A stretch of DNA of 64,000 bases. Origin: Dendrobates tinctorius (Eukaryota). Below the pieces are notes generated by a model. It saw only the letters and a program-made list of their open reading frames with translations. It was not told where the DNA came from and made no database searches. This document shows, piece by piece, positions 39,430-49,498 of the stretch. The position numbers and the translations under genes were made by a program. Each line of letters starts with the position of its first letter. The stretch's first letter is position 1. The stretch is taken from contig NW_027361863.1 of the NCBI RefSeq assembly GCF_039654945.1, positions 13,020,001-13,084,000 on the forward strand, read 5' to 3'.

Positions 39430-42400
39430 CCCCTCCTTATGCCCCCTCTTCTTAAGACCGGAAAAGAATCTGGCCAAGATACGAGGAGCCTGAATGTTTT
39501 CCCGGGGCTCCCAAGATCTCTCCTCAGGACCGAAACCCTTCCAATCAATTAAGAAGAGAGTCTTACCTCTGGATTTTTTCATTGCGAGAATGTCTTTGAC
39601 TTCAAAGACTTCCTGTGCGGACACAGGTGGAGGAGAACGGCCGGTGGAAGGATGAAAGCGGTTAAGTACAACAGGCTTTAAGAGAGAGACATGGAAAGAA
39701 TTTGGAATCCTAAGCGAAGCGGGAAGTTTCAGCTTGTAGGCCACATCGTTGATACGATCCGAGACCTTAAACGGACCTATATACCAAGGACCCAGTTTAT
39801 AAGAGGGTTGCTTCAGGCGGACTAACTTAGAAGACAGCCATACTTTATCTCCGGGCTGGTACCGTGGAGAATCTAGGCGTCTTTTATCGGCATGTCTTTT
39901 GATCCGGCCTTGGGCATGATTAAGCGCGGCTTTGGTCTCCTGCCAGACCCTGGAGAACTCCTCGGTCAGAAGATCGGCCGCTAGCACACCCGAGACAGGA
40001 CGTACTGGCAAAGGAACACCTGTATGTTGCCCGTAGACAATAAAGAAAGGTGACTTGGAGGAGGACTCACTGTAATGGTTGTTGTAGGTGAATTCGGCCC
40101 ACGGGAGCAGGTTGGACCAGTCGTTCTGGTGGGCATTGGAAAAATGCCGGAGATAGGTCACGAGAATTTGATTTGTTCATACTGCCTGGCCATTAGTCTG
40201 AGGATGGTAGGAAGAGGAGAAGACCAACGTTACCTCCATCATACGGCATAGGGCCCTCCAAAACCGTGAGGTGAACTGCACCCCTCTGTCGGAAACGATA
40301 TGCTTGGGGAAGCCGTGTATCCGGAAGACATGGGTGTCTAAAATCCTTGCCAATTCAGGTGCGGAGGGTAACCCTGGCAGAGGAATAAAATGGGCCATTT
40401 TGGAAAATCGATCCACCATGACCAAGATGACGGTGTGACCAGAAGATCGTGGCAGATCAGTAGTAAAGTCCATTGCGACATGCTGCCACGGGACTGAAGG
40501 AATCGGAAGCGGGTGTAAGAGACCAGACGGTAGATGCCGAGGAACTTTGTTTCTGGCACACGACAGGCAGGAGGCGATAAAACTTTGGACATCCTGAAGT
40601 AGAGATGGCCACCAATAGAAACGAGAGATGAGAAGGCGTGTCTTCTTGAGACCCACGTGGCTGGCCAGCTTGGAGGCATGGCCTCATTGTATCACTCGCT
40701 TCCTCTCGTTCTCTTGCACAAAAGTCTTACCGGGCGGTAAAGAAGTCAGGTTAATGGGTGCAACTATGATGACTTTACCGGGATCCACGATGTGTGATGG
40801 CTCTTCCTCATTATCGGAGACCAGAAAAGACCTGGATAGAGCATCTGCTTTCAGATTCTTGTCACCGGGATGGAAATGAAGCTCAAAATCGAACCGGGCA
40901 AAGAACAGCGACCATCTGGCTTGCTGGGGGTTATGTCTTTGTGCTCACTGGATGTATGCCAGATTCTTGTGGTCGGTGTAGATTTTAAATGGATGAACAG
41001 CTCCTTCCAGAAGATACCGCCACTCCTCCAAGGCCAACTTGATGGCAAGTAGCTCTCTGTCACCAATAGTGTAGTTTCTCTCTGCAGTGGAAAACATCTT
41101 AGAGAAAAAAATGCAGGTGAGTAGTCGACCGGAGGAAGATCTCTGGGAAAGAACTGCCCCGGCTCCAATGGCTGACGCATCCACCTCGAGGATAAAAGGC
41201 TTGTTAATTTCAGGACGATGGAGTACGGGTGCGGTAGCGAAAGCTTGTCTCAAAGTCAGAAAGGCCTCTTCGGCCTCCGGGGACCAGAGGTGAGGGTTGG
41301 CTCCTTTACGGGTCAAGGCGGAGATAGGAGCGGTCAGAGTAGAAAAGTGTGGGATAAATTGCCGGTAATAATTAGCAAACCCAAGGAATCGTTGGATCGC
41401 CTTGACTCCCTGGGGACGCGGCCATTTGAGCACGGCGGACACTTTTCCAGGGTCCATACGTAGACCCGAGTCGAAAATGATGTATCCCAAGAATGGTAGA
41501 GACGATTGCTCGAAGGCGCACTTCTCGAGTTTGGCATAAAGCCGCTGCTCTCTTAAGTGTAATAAAACTTGGCGGACGTCTTTTCTGTGGGTAGCCAGGT
41601 CCACGGGGAACACAAGGATATCGTCCAAATACACCACTACACAGGAGTAGAGAAGGTCTCGAAAGACGTCATTGACGATCTCCTGGAATACCGCGGGAGC
41701 ATTGCACAGGCCAAAGGGCATGACTAAATATTCATAGTGGCCGTCTCGGGTATTGAAGGTGGTATTCCATTCATCTCCGGGGCGAATGCGGATCAGATTA
41801 TAAGACCCGCGGAGATCCAGTTTTGTGAAGACTCGTGCTCCCCATAGATGGTTGAATAGCTCCGGAATGAGAGGCAACAGATATTTGTTTTTGATGGTGA
41901 TATAGTTGAGACCCCAGTAATCAATGCAGGGACGAAGGGAACCATCCTTCTTCTTGACGAAAAAGAACCCTGCTCCTGCCGGCGAAGACGATTTGCGAAT
42001 AAATCCTATGGCCAGGTTCTCTTGGATATATTCGGTCACGGCCAGAGTCTCGGAGGGAGAAAGAGGATAGATCCGACCACGGGGTGGTGTAGAACCTGGA
42101 ACCTGGTCGATCGGGCAATCATAGGGCCGATGTGGGGGCAGAACCTCCGCCTCCTTCTTGTTGAAGACGTCAGAGAAGGCACAATAGGCCGAAGGTAATC
42201 ATGTAGAGACTGGAGTAGAAGGCATGAAGTTCTTCGGTTGGACGACAGACATCCGGCTTGACACGACTGTCCCCAATGCAGGATGTCCCCAGAGCGCCAA
42301 TCCAAGACAGGCTCATGAGTTCTCAACCAAGGCAGGCCCAAGAGGATGGTATGAGATGGCGAAGGCAGGACATAAAAGACTATCCTCTCCCGATGTAAGG

Positions 42401-42690
42401 CTCCAATCTGCAGTTCCACTTCTTCAGTGACCTGAGTGACGGACATCCGCAGGGGTCGACCGTCGACCGAAGCAAACTGCCGAGGAGTCTGCAGGGATCG
42501 GACAGGGATCTGGAGTCTTTTAACCACCTCGAACTGAATAAAATTGCCGGCAGCACCTGAATCAATGTAGGCCCACTCAGAGGAACGTTTGGAGCCTATG
42601 TGCAAAAGAACGGAGAGAATCAGGGGTAAAGAGGAATCACAATTACCTAGGGAGGCCTCTCTTACCTGTCCTAGGCAGAGGCGTTTCCCG
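39430..42690 (-). pseudogene. pol: Pol: protease, RT, RNase H, integrase, chromodomain
   Basis: IDSGAAGNFI; YLDDIL; DASAIG, ELLA, TDHKNL; MDF, SDRG, HPQTNGQ; FEVKDIL...FLIDWKGFGPEERSWEP; broken by stops and frameshifts (~42200, 40945, ~40660, ~40170). Confidence 0.92.
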
Positions 42691-43699
42691 GGCGTATAGG
42701 ACAGGAGCGAAGGAAGTGGGATGCACTCCCACAATAGAAGCAGAGCCTCTGATCAATCCTCTCTCTCCAACGCTCCTCCACCGGCTTGAGACGATCCACT
42801 TGCATGGGTTCCGGTGCAGAAGCCGCCGAGGATGTCACTGAGCGGGAGCGAGGTGGACTACGAGCGACTGGCTGAACGCGAGGCCTCCTCTCTCTAGCAG
42901 CCTCTTGGGATCGCTCCTGAAAGCGGAGGCCGATACGGGTAGCCAAGGAGATCAAATCCTCCAGGGAGGCTGGAGTATCTCGTCCTGCCAACTCATCTTT
43001 AACTCGACCAGAGAGTCCCCGCCAAAAAGCTCCCACCAAGGCCTCGTTATTCCACCCCAATTCAGAGGACAGGGTGCGAAAGCGTATGGCGTACTGGCCA
43101 ACCGAGAGCTTGCCCTGTTGGAGATTAAACAGCACCTTGGTAGTAGAGACCAAACGTCCCGGTTCATCAAACACCTTCCGAAAGGTGTCCAAAAAATTGG
43201 AGAGTTGGGAGACAATGGGGTCGTCTCGCTCCCAGAGAGGATTTACCCAGGCTAGAGCTTCCCCCTCCAAGTGGGACACAACAAAGGCCACCTTGGCCCG
43301 ATCCGTAGGGTACTGCAGGGGGGACAACTCAAAGTGGAGCTGGCATTGGTTTAGAAACCCTCTGCATAACTTGGGATCACCATTATACCATGGAGGTTTC
43401 GCCAAGCGGGGTGAAGGGTGGGGTGTTGCCGCCTGGGCCGGAGCAGAGGCCACGGACTGGAGAGCAAGGAGACGGCTATCCACTGAGGCCATGTAATTTA
43501 AAATATGGGCCTGGGTGTCGCACTGCTGAGCGAGCTCCTGCTGGAGACCCGCCATTTGGGAAGTGCTGGTGGGATCAGTGGTCTGAAGGGAGGACAGACG
43601 AGACTCCATAGACTTGAGGAAGGACATTATCCTCGTTTGGCTCTCTCGCAGGAACAGGAGTTCCTTTTGGGTCGGAGTTGGGGTACCAGCGGGGTCCAT
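42671..43699 (-). CDS. gag: Gag of the chromovirus (342 aa from MDPAG)
   Basis: YNGDPKLCRGFLNQC, KVAFVVSHLEGEALAW, PEPMQV, CFYCGSASHFLRSC zinc knuckle; ATG directly after the PBS. Confidence 0.88.
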   Translation of the reverse strand: MDPAGTPTPTQKELLFLRESQTRIMSFLKSMESRLSSLQTTDPTSTSQMAGLQQELAQQCDTQAHILNYMASVDSRLLALQSVASAPAQAATPHPSPRLAKPPWYNGDPKLCRGFLNQCQLHFELSPLQYPTDRAKVAFVVSHLEGEALAWVNPLWERDDPIVSQLSNFLDTFRKVFDEPGRLVSTTKVLFNLQQGKLSVGQYAIRFRTLSSELGWNNEALVGAFWRGLSGRVKDELAGRDTPASLEDLISLATRIGLRFQERSQEAARERRPRVQPVARSPPRSRSVTSSAASAPEPMQVDRLKPVEERWRERIDQRLCFYCGSASHFLRSCPIRPGNASA

Positions 43700-45025
43700 G
43701 GCCTGACTATACTGTGAGACTGTGGATCTCCGGAAGTGAACCTTCAGGACCGCGACGACGAACCCCCCTCGGGCGAGCTGACCAGGTGGACCGCCCCCTA
43801 TACAGGGAGCGTTAGGGGCAGACCCAAGGGAGACTATCGCTGCGGAAGCTGATACCTGGGAACAGCCGGGAGAGTATGTAGGCAAGAAAGTGCAGGCGAC
43901 CAGGTGGGAGATGGCGACGGCCACAGGGATGACTGCAGACTCTGCAGGAACGGTGGTGGACGGCAGTCTGGAATGGCAATGGCGGGCGGCAGGAACCGGT
44001 ACAGAACGAGACACAGGAGCAGGAAGACGGAGGCAGGAACCGACTGGATCTAGGAGGGAACACAGGAAAGTCACAAACAGGGAAGTCGGCGGAGGCCACG
44101 GAGTGGTACACAGCGCAGAGACAAGAGGAACGCAGGAGCGCGTGGACTTGATACCACAAATGATAGTCAGGCAGAGAGCATAGGGTGAGGCTGCCTGATA
44201 TAGAGCACGCTGGTGAACTTCCGGGTCAGAGTGCAGCAATACCATGGGGCCAGGAGATAGGATGCCAGGTCTAGGGGGCATATCTAGCTGTACGAATGTG
44301 TGAAGGAGCAGGGGCCGGCCGCCGGAGGGATGATTGACAGGTGCCAGCTGAGGGGGCGGACCGAGAGGACCGGACGCGCCGGAGAGCCCCAGGCGGTGTG
44401 GAGGCATGGGAGGTGGCGGGGACCGAAGGTGCCGCAAGTGGTGGAGCCGCGGCATCGGCAGATGGAGCGGCAGTGACAGGAGACCGGGCAGAGGTAGCAG
44501 GGACAGCGGCGGTCGGGACAGCGGCCGCAGACGCCGCAGAGCGGGCCAGAGCCGGGGAGGTGAGCGTGCCAGGTGCCGGGGAGGAGGTGAGCGTGACACT
44601 GTCACAGTTAGAGTAGCCCTAATTCTACCTCATACTTTTTCCATAATTTTCACGGCTGGCGATTCTGGTGCACACTGTTCTGTTGAAAATTTTTCAAATA
44701 AGCATGCAGATTTTACTGGACTACAAACCCAACACCACTATTACCCAATCACTGATTGAGAATTCAGACAAGCCCTATCTAAATATGTTGCACTCCGGCA
44801 TCAGACACATGAAAATGCCTACAAGCTTGGAGAGAGGTTTCAGCAAAGGCTCAGAGATTTCCAAAGTTTTTCTTGAGTGCCTTATTCATGGAGCTTCCTG
44901 AATTTCCTCAACCAAAAGCAAATATTACAACAGTTCTGAATTTAAAAAAAGATGTCAAAGTCCAGCTTCTTACATTCTTCAGAATTTTTTAATGAATTTT
45001 CATTCCTATTTTATGTAAGCCTTAA

Positions 45026-45439
45026 AGTTAATCTATCAACAGTTTTTGCTATATAATCTGTCAGCAGCACATTGTAGGGGGTGAGACTTGGATTCCAGCG
45101 AGATATCACTTAATTTACTGAGTACATAGAATCCCAATTCTCTTTGCTGAAGATCTATCAGAGCTCAAATGCTGAGCTGTATATAACTCTGCCCACATCA
45201 CTGATTGGCTGCTTTCTGTGCACACTGTGACAGAAAGCTGTCAATCAGTAGTGGGGGCATGGTTGGACTAGGAGGCACAAGACACCTAGTCCTGTAGTGA
45301 TAATCTGCTGATAAAACACTGATTGTATTGAAACAGCAAAACAGAGTCTAGTAAGTGTCAAATCATTGGAATCAGGGTTTCTGCTCCTACATCATGATGA
45401 TCTCAGATTATATAGAACACACCTGCTGACAGATTACAT
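45026..45439. mobile_element. T2/Kolobok-type MITE
   Basis: Degenerate TIRs AGTTAATCTATCAACAG / CTGCTGACAGATTACAT with TTAA/TTAG flanks. Confidence 0.6.
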
Positions 45440-45859
45440 TTAGAGTCTTGTATTAAGAAATATTTCTTTACATTTGCAAATATAAAAGCAGCAACTTTAA
45501 ATTTATCCTAAAGGGAATTCTTCTTAAAAAAGACAGAAGAGAAAGAAGTAGCCGGTGTAATCCTCAGAGGTAATTCTCGGAGGTCTATGTGGAAATCTAT
45601 ATAGGTATAAGTCAATTGCTGTGATTCTTAATGTTTTCCCTCCACTTTGTGCCGGAGGCCATGTCTCAATATTGGATTTGGGCTCGATGACATTTAGAAA
45701 ACGATTACATAGTATTTATTTTTGCTCCAGACATTGGAAATTTTACTAATTACTTTTATATTAAAGGAAGATTTGTCAAGGTATTCAATAATTACGGCTC
45801 CTGAATGTCACCGTGACTGCTGTTTACATGACTATAACTTCTATTGAAGAGATACTTAC

Positions 45860-46201
45860 AGGGATTGTCCAGAGAAAACAAGTGATCACCGATCCATAGG
45901 ATAGAGGAAAATTTACTTGCTGGGAACTGCACCAATCATCAGGACAGGGAGCTTTTGACCTCATTATTTTGGGAGCAGCGGTGTGTGTTTTCTACCAATG
46001 CTTCATTCATTCGTTGCAACCATATAGAGACTGAATGGCGCTGTGGTCGGGTGTCTGACTTAACACTTCATTTTGTCATAGGGATAAAATTGCCTGTTGT
46101 GAATAAAAATTACAAGTTCAGTCGATCGGTGCAAGATCAAGCGGTTTGACCGTCACCGATACTGTGGACTGCTGATCACTTGTTTTCACAGGACAACTCC
46201 T
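45860..46201. mobile_element. Kolobok-type MITE
   Basis: AGGGATTGTCC ... GGACAACTCCT with degenerate TTAA-like flanks. Confidence 0.55.
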
Positions 46202-48490
46202 CTAAATACAGCAGAAAACAGTTGGAGGTTTATGGTATAGAAATTCAAGAAGGACCACGGCTGTCACCATCCAGATGCCATAGAGGTTTATCTTGTCACA
46301 TTCTGTACAAATCCATCAGAAAAATAATTGTGGCATGCTCCATTGGTCTACTTTTATACAAAGGTATTCTCAGTGTTATTGTTCTTGGAGAATATCTTTG
46401 GCATTGCGCACTCGGCTATCAAAGTTGGGACAATCTTTTTAAGTTTCTGTAATCCAAAGTAATAAAGCTCAGGTTCTGTTACAGCTGTGAGGATAATAGA
46501 GGTGATGACTTAGGAATTTAGGAATCTGGAGTCACTCTGATTGGGATGTGAAGTGTCTATGTGTCTATGTAATTGGTCATAAATCCACTTATCCAATATC
46601 TTTTTTGAAATATTTTTTTATTCCAAAAATGTCCCAAATCATTTTGTACTTTAAAGTGAACAGTTCTCACACTTTGCCAAGGTTTTTACTTTGCCTCTTT
46701 CTTCTTCTCTTTAGTTTAGCTGTCTTCACATTTTCTCCTGAGTCTGTTTGAACTTGTACAGGTGCCATGGACTAAAGGGAGAGCTCCAGGACCTTGGCAT
46801 GGTGCTAAGAAAAGTTGGTCTTTGGGGGGAAGTTGTAGCCTTATAAAAATGTAGATATTGAAGAAGAGCCAGGGGAGGAAAGGTGCAGCCGGTAGTAAAT
46901 ATTGGTGACCAAGGAGAACTTTGGGGACCGGTCATTGATGGACTAGTGAGTGTCCCATCCACTTATTCTTTTCTTATATCAGTTGTAAATGCACATGAAT
47001 GCGGTTGATTTTTCATTTTGATCAGCGTAATTTTCACGAAAACCGGTAGCAATGGGGTCTTTGAACATTCTACATCTTGAACCCGGGGGCCATTGATCTC
47101 CCCAAAGTAAATTTGGTGATGTGAGTTTACTATTAGTGTTATATGCTTATTTGTTTATTGATATTATTGCAAAGTAAATTTTAAGAAACTGCTGTGGCCA
47201 CAGATCCGAGTCACACTGTATTGATCGCTAATTTGGGTAAGGATAAACTGAGTTTTCAGTTAGGGGAATTAAAGTCAAGCTTAGTCAGGCATTCCAGAAT
47301 CAAGAAGAAGTGAAGGAATAAGCAAGAGAAAGTAATAGGGCGCGTCAATGCTAAATATATTGTACCTTTGGTTGTGCTAGATAATAACGCTCCCCGATCT
47401 TCCTTTCTGCTGCAGAAGGCCTGGTTGGTGAGTTCCTTGATCTGTACTTTTCAGACAAGCTGGAGGAGAAACCTGGACCATTCAGAACCCAACTACAGTA
47501 AGTAGTTCCTTCTTCAGCTAAGTTACAAAAGCACAAACTGGGAAACTTTACAGTCCAGGTCTCAATCAGTTTTTTATGCTACACAAATTAAAAAAAAATA
47601 AAATAAAGAAGGTTGTTATAACCAAATCTCTTTTCTGGAATCGATTTGAGAGCCCCAAATTTGATGATCTAGATTCTCTAAACTTGAGCCCCGATAAATC
47701 ATTGCCTTTGTGCCTGTTTTTTTATCTAGTTTTATGTATTTACACCAGTATTTTTTATACAATATTGAAGAAAAAAAGATGCAGCATTCAGCAGTTCGAA
47801 TTAATGTGAAAAAGTCTTTTATTTCATTCCTTGGGATTAGGACTAAAACATGATGTGCAGGTTACAAAGGCAGCAGGGAGAGGCAGAGTGGATGACGGCC
47901 GTTTTGCGTAACAACGTTGTAACGGGTCCAGGTGTCTTTTTTTAACATTACCTTTATTTTTCTGTTTGCACACAATTCATTGTTCTATTTGTGCCTTTTT
48001 AAGTCTATTTTATATGTTTTCGCCTGATTTTTTTTCTGCTTTGTGCGCAGAATTTATCAATTTCAGATATTTTCATCTGATTTATCAATTGCAACTTTTT
48101 TTTAAAAATCACAAAATTTTGTTTAACTTCACTCCAGCACCCCCTTACTCTAATGTATTTGTAAGCAAAAAAGTATTTTGGCGCAGTTTTTGCATCATTT
48201 TATCATTTTACTAAACATTTGAAGGTTTGCTCTAAAAGGTTATAAAAACATTCAAGACAGAAAAAGAAATCCATTTTTGACTTCATACCAAATGCACGAA
48301 TCATGTGGGCCATTTTGAAGAATTTGGCTTAAAAAATGGTAACTAATGCCACAAGACTAAAAAGAAAAATGTCTTTAAAAACGAGCCCATGAACTTATCC
48401 ATGTATGTGCATAACGTGAACTCGAAGCATTTTATAATTCTTAAGGTTGTTGTCATTAGTAATATATTCATTGTTCTATGACCATTCAGG

Positions 48491-49498
48491 ATGATTTCGG
48501 AGAATAAAACAGAAGACGGTTTTCTCTTATTGGGTTTTTATGAATATCCAGATCTACAAGCTTTAATGTTTCTTCTTTTCCTATTGATATATTTCCTTTG
48601 CCTTTTGGAGAACACGCTGCTTATAGTCATCATTTACTTGGACACAAATCTTCATACCCCCATGTATTTCTTCCTATGTAACTTGTCCTTTCTGGATATT
48701 TGCTTTACCACTGTAATTTTCCCGAAGTTTCTCCTGACATTTTTGGGCAGGAGATCAATCTCTTTCTTGCAGTGTTTCGTACAAATGCATCTTTACATTG
48801 GACTCCAGAGCTTAGATTACATCTTGTTGACGGCAATGTGTTATGACCGCTATGTGGCCATCTGCAATCCTCTTCATTACAATCTTGTCTTGAATAAGAA
48901 GGTCTGTGTCCTCTTAGCTGGGGTCAGTTGGCTTCTCGGCATTATAGACCCTCTTCCAGTTATTGTTGTGCTCTCTCGTCTCCCATTCTGTTCATCTAGG
49001 GAGATCGACCACTTCTTTTGTGACCTGATGCCTTTGTTAAAAGTCTCCTGCGGTGATGTCTCCAAAGTCATGACCATTGTTTTTATTGAAGGCGGTCTTA
49101 TCGGCATAACATCATTTGTATTAATCTTATCTTCCTATAGTAACATTATAACCTCTGTAGCAAGTATGAAGACGGCACTGGCAAAGCGCAAAGCCTTTTC
49201 CACCTGCTCGGCCCATCTTACAGTCATCCTGACGCTGTATCTGAGTCTAATCTGTGTCTATATCATACCTACCCCAGACGATAACGCTCATAGTAAAAAG
49301 TCCATCGCTCTTCTTAACACAGTGCTGGTTCCAATTCTTAATCCAATTTTGTACAGTCTTCGAAATAAAGATGTCAAATGTGCAATTCAAAAACTTTTTT
49401 CAGATAAACTACAACTACTTAACGCTAGAAGTCCCAGAAATTTCGAGCTCCCCCATGAAGTCCCGAAAGAGGGTCAAATGACCCTTAGTCCGAACTGA
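48491..49498 (+). CDS. olfactory receptor, divergent subfamily, 335 aa with extended C-terminus
   Basis: LHTPMY, MCYDRYVAICNPL, KAFSTCSAHL, PILNPILYSLRN; NKT sequon. Confidence 0.93.
   Translation: MISENKTEDGFLLLGFYEYPDLQALMFLLFLLIYFLCLLENTLLIVIIYLDTNLHTPMYFFLCNLSFLDICFTTVIFPKFLLTFLGRRSISFLQCFVQMHLYIGLQSLDYILLTAMCYDRYVAICNPLHYNLVLNKKVCVLLAGVSWLLGIIDPLPVIVVLSRLPFCSSREIDHFFCDLMPLLKVSCGDVSKVMTIVFIEGGLIGITSFVLILSSYSNIITSVASMKTALAKRKAFSTCSAHLTVILTLYLSLICVYIIPTPDDNAHSKKSIALLNTVLVPILNPILYSLRNKDVKCAIQKLFSDKLQLLNARSPRNFELPHEVPKEGQMTLSPN

Larger units (their letters stand above)
38541..44598 (-). mobile_element. structurally complete Ty3/Gypsy chromovirus (sushi-like) LTR retrotransposon with disrupted pol
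   Basis: LTRs 38541-39424 and 43713-44598 (TG...CA); exact 5-bp TSD CTGTC; PPT at 39425-39451; order gag-PR-RT-RH-IN-chromodomain. Confidence 0.97.

Noticed and set aside
42671-44605. 644-aa ORF as a domesticated PEG10/RTL-like host gene
   Set aside because: Lies within a two-LTR element with TSD and decayed pol; the first 302 codons are LTR sequence with a non-ATG start
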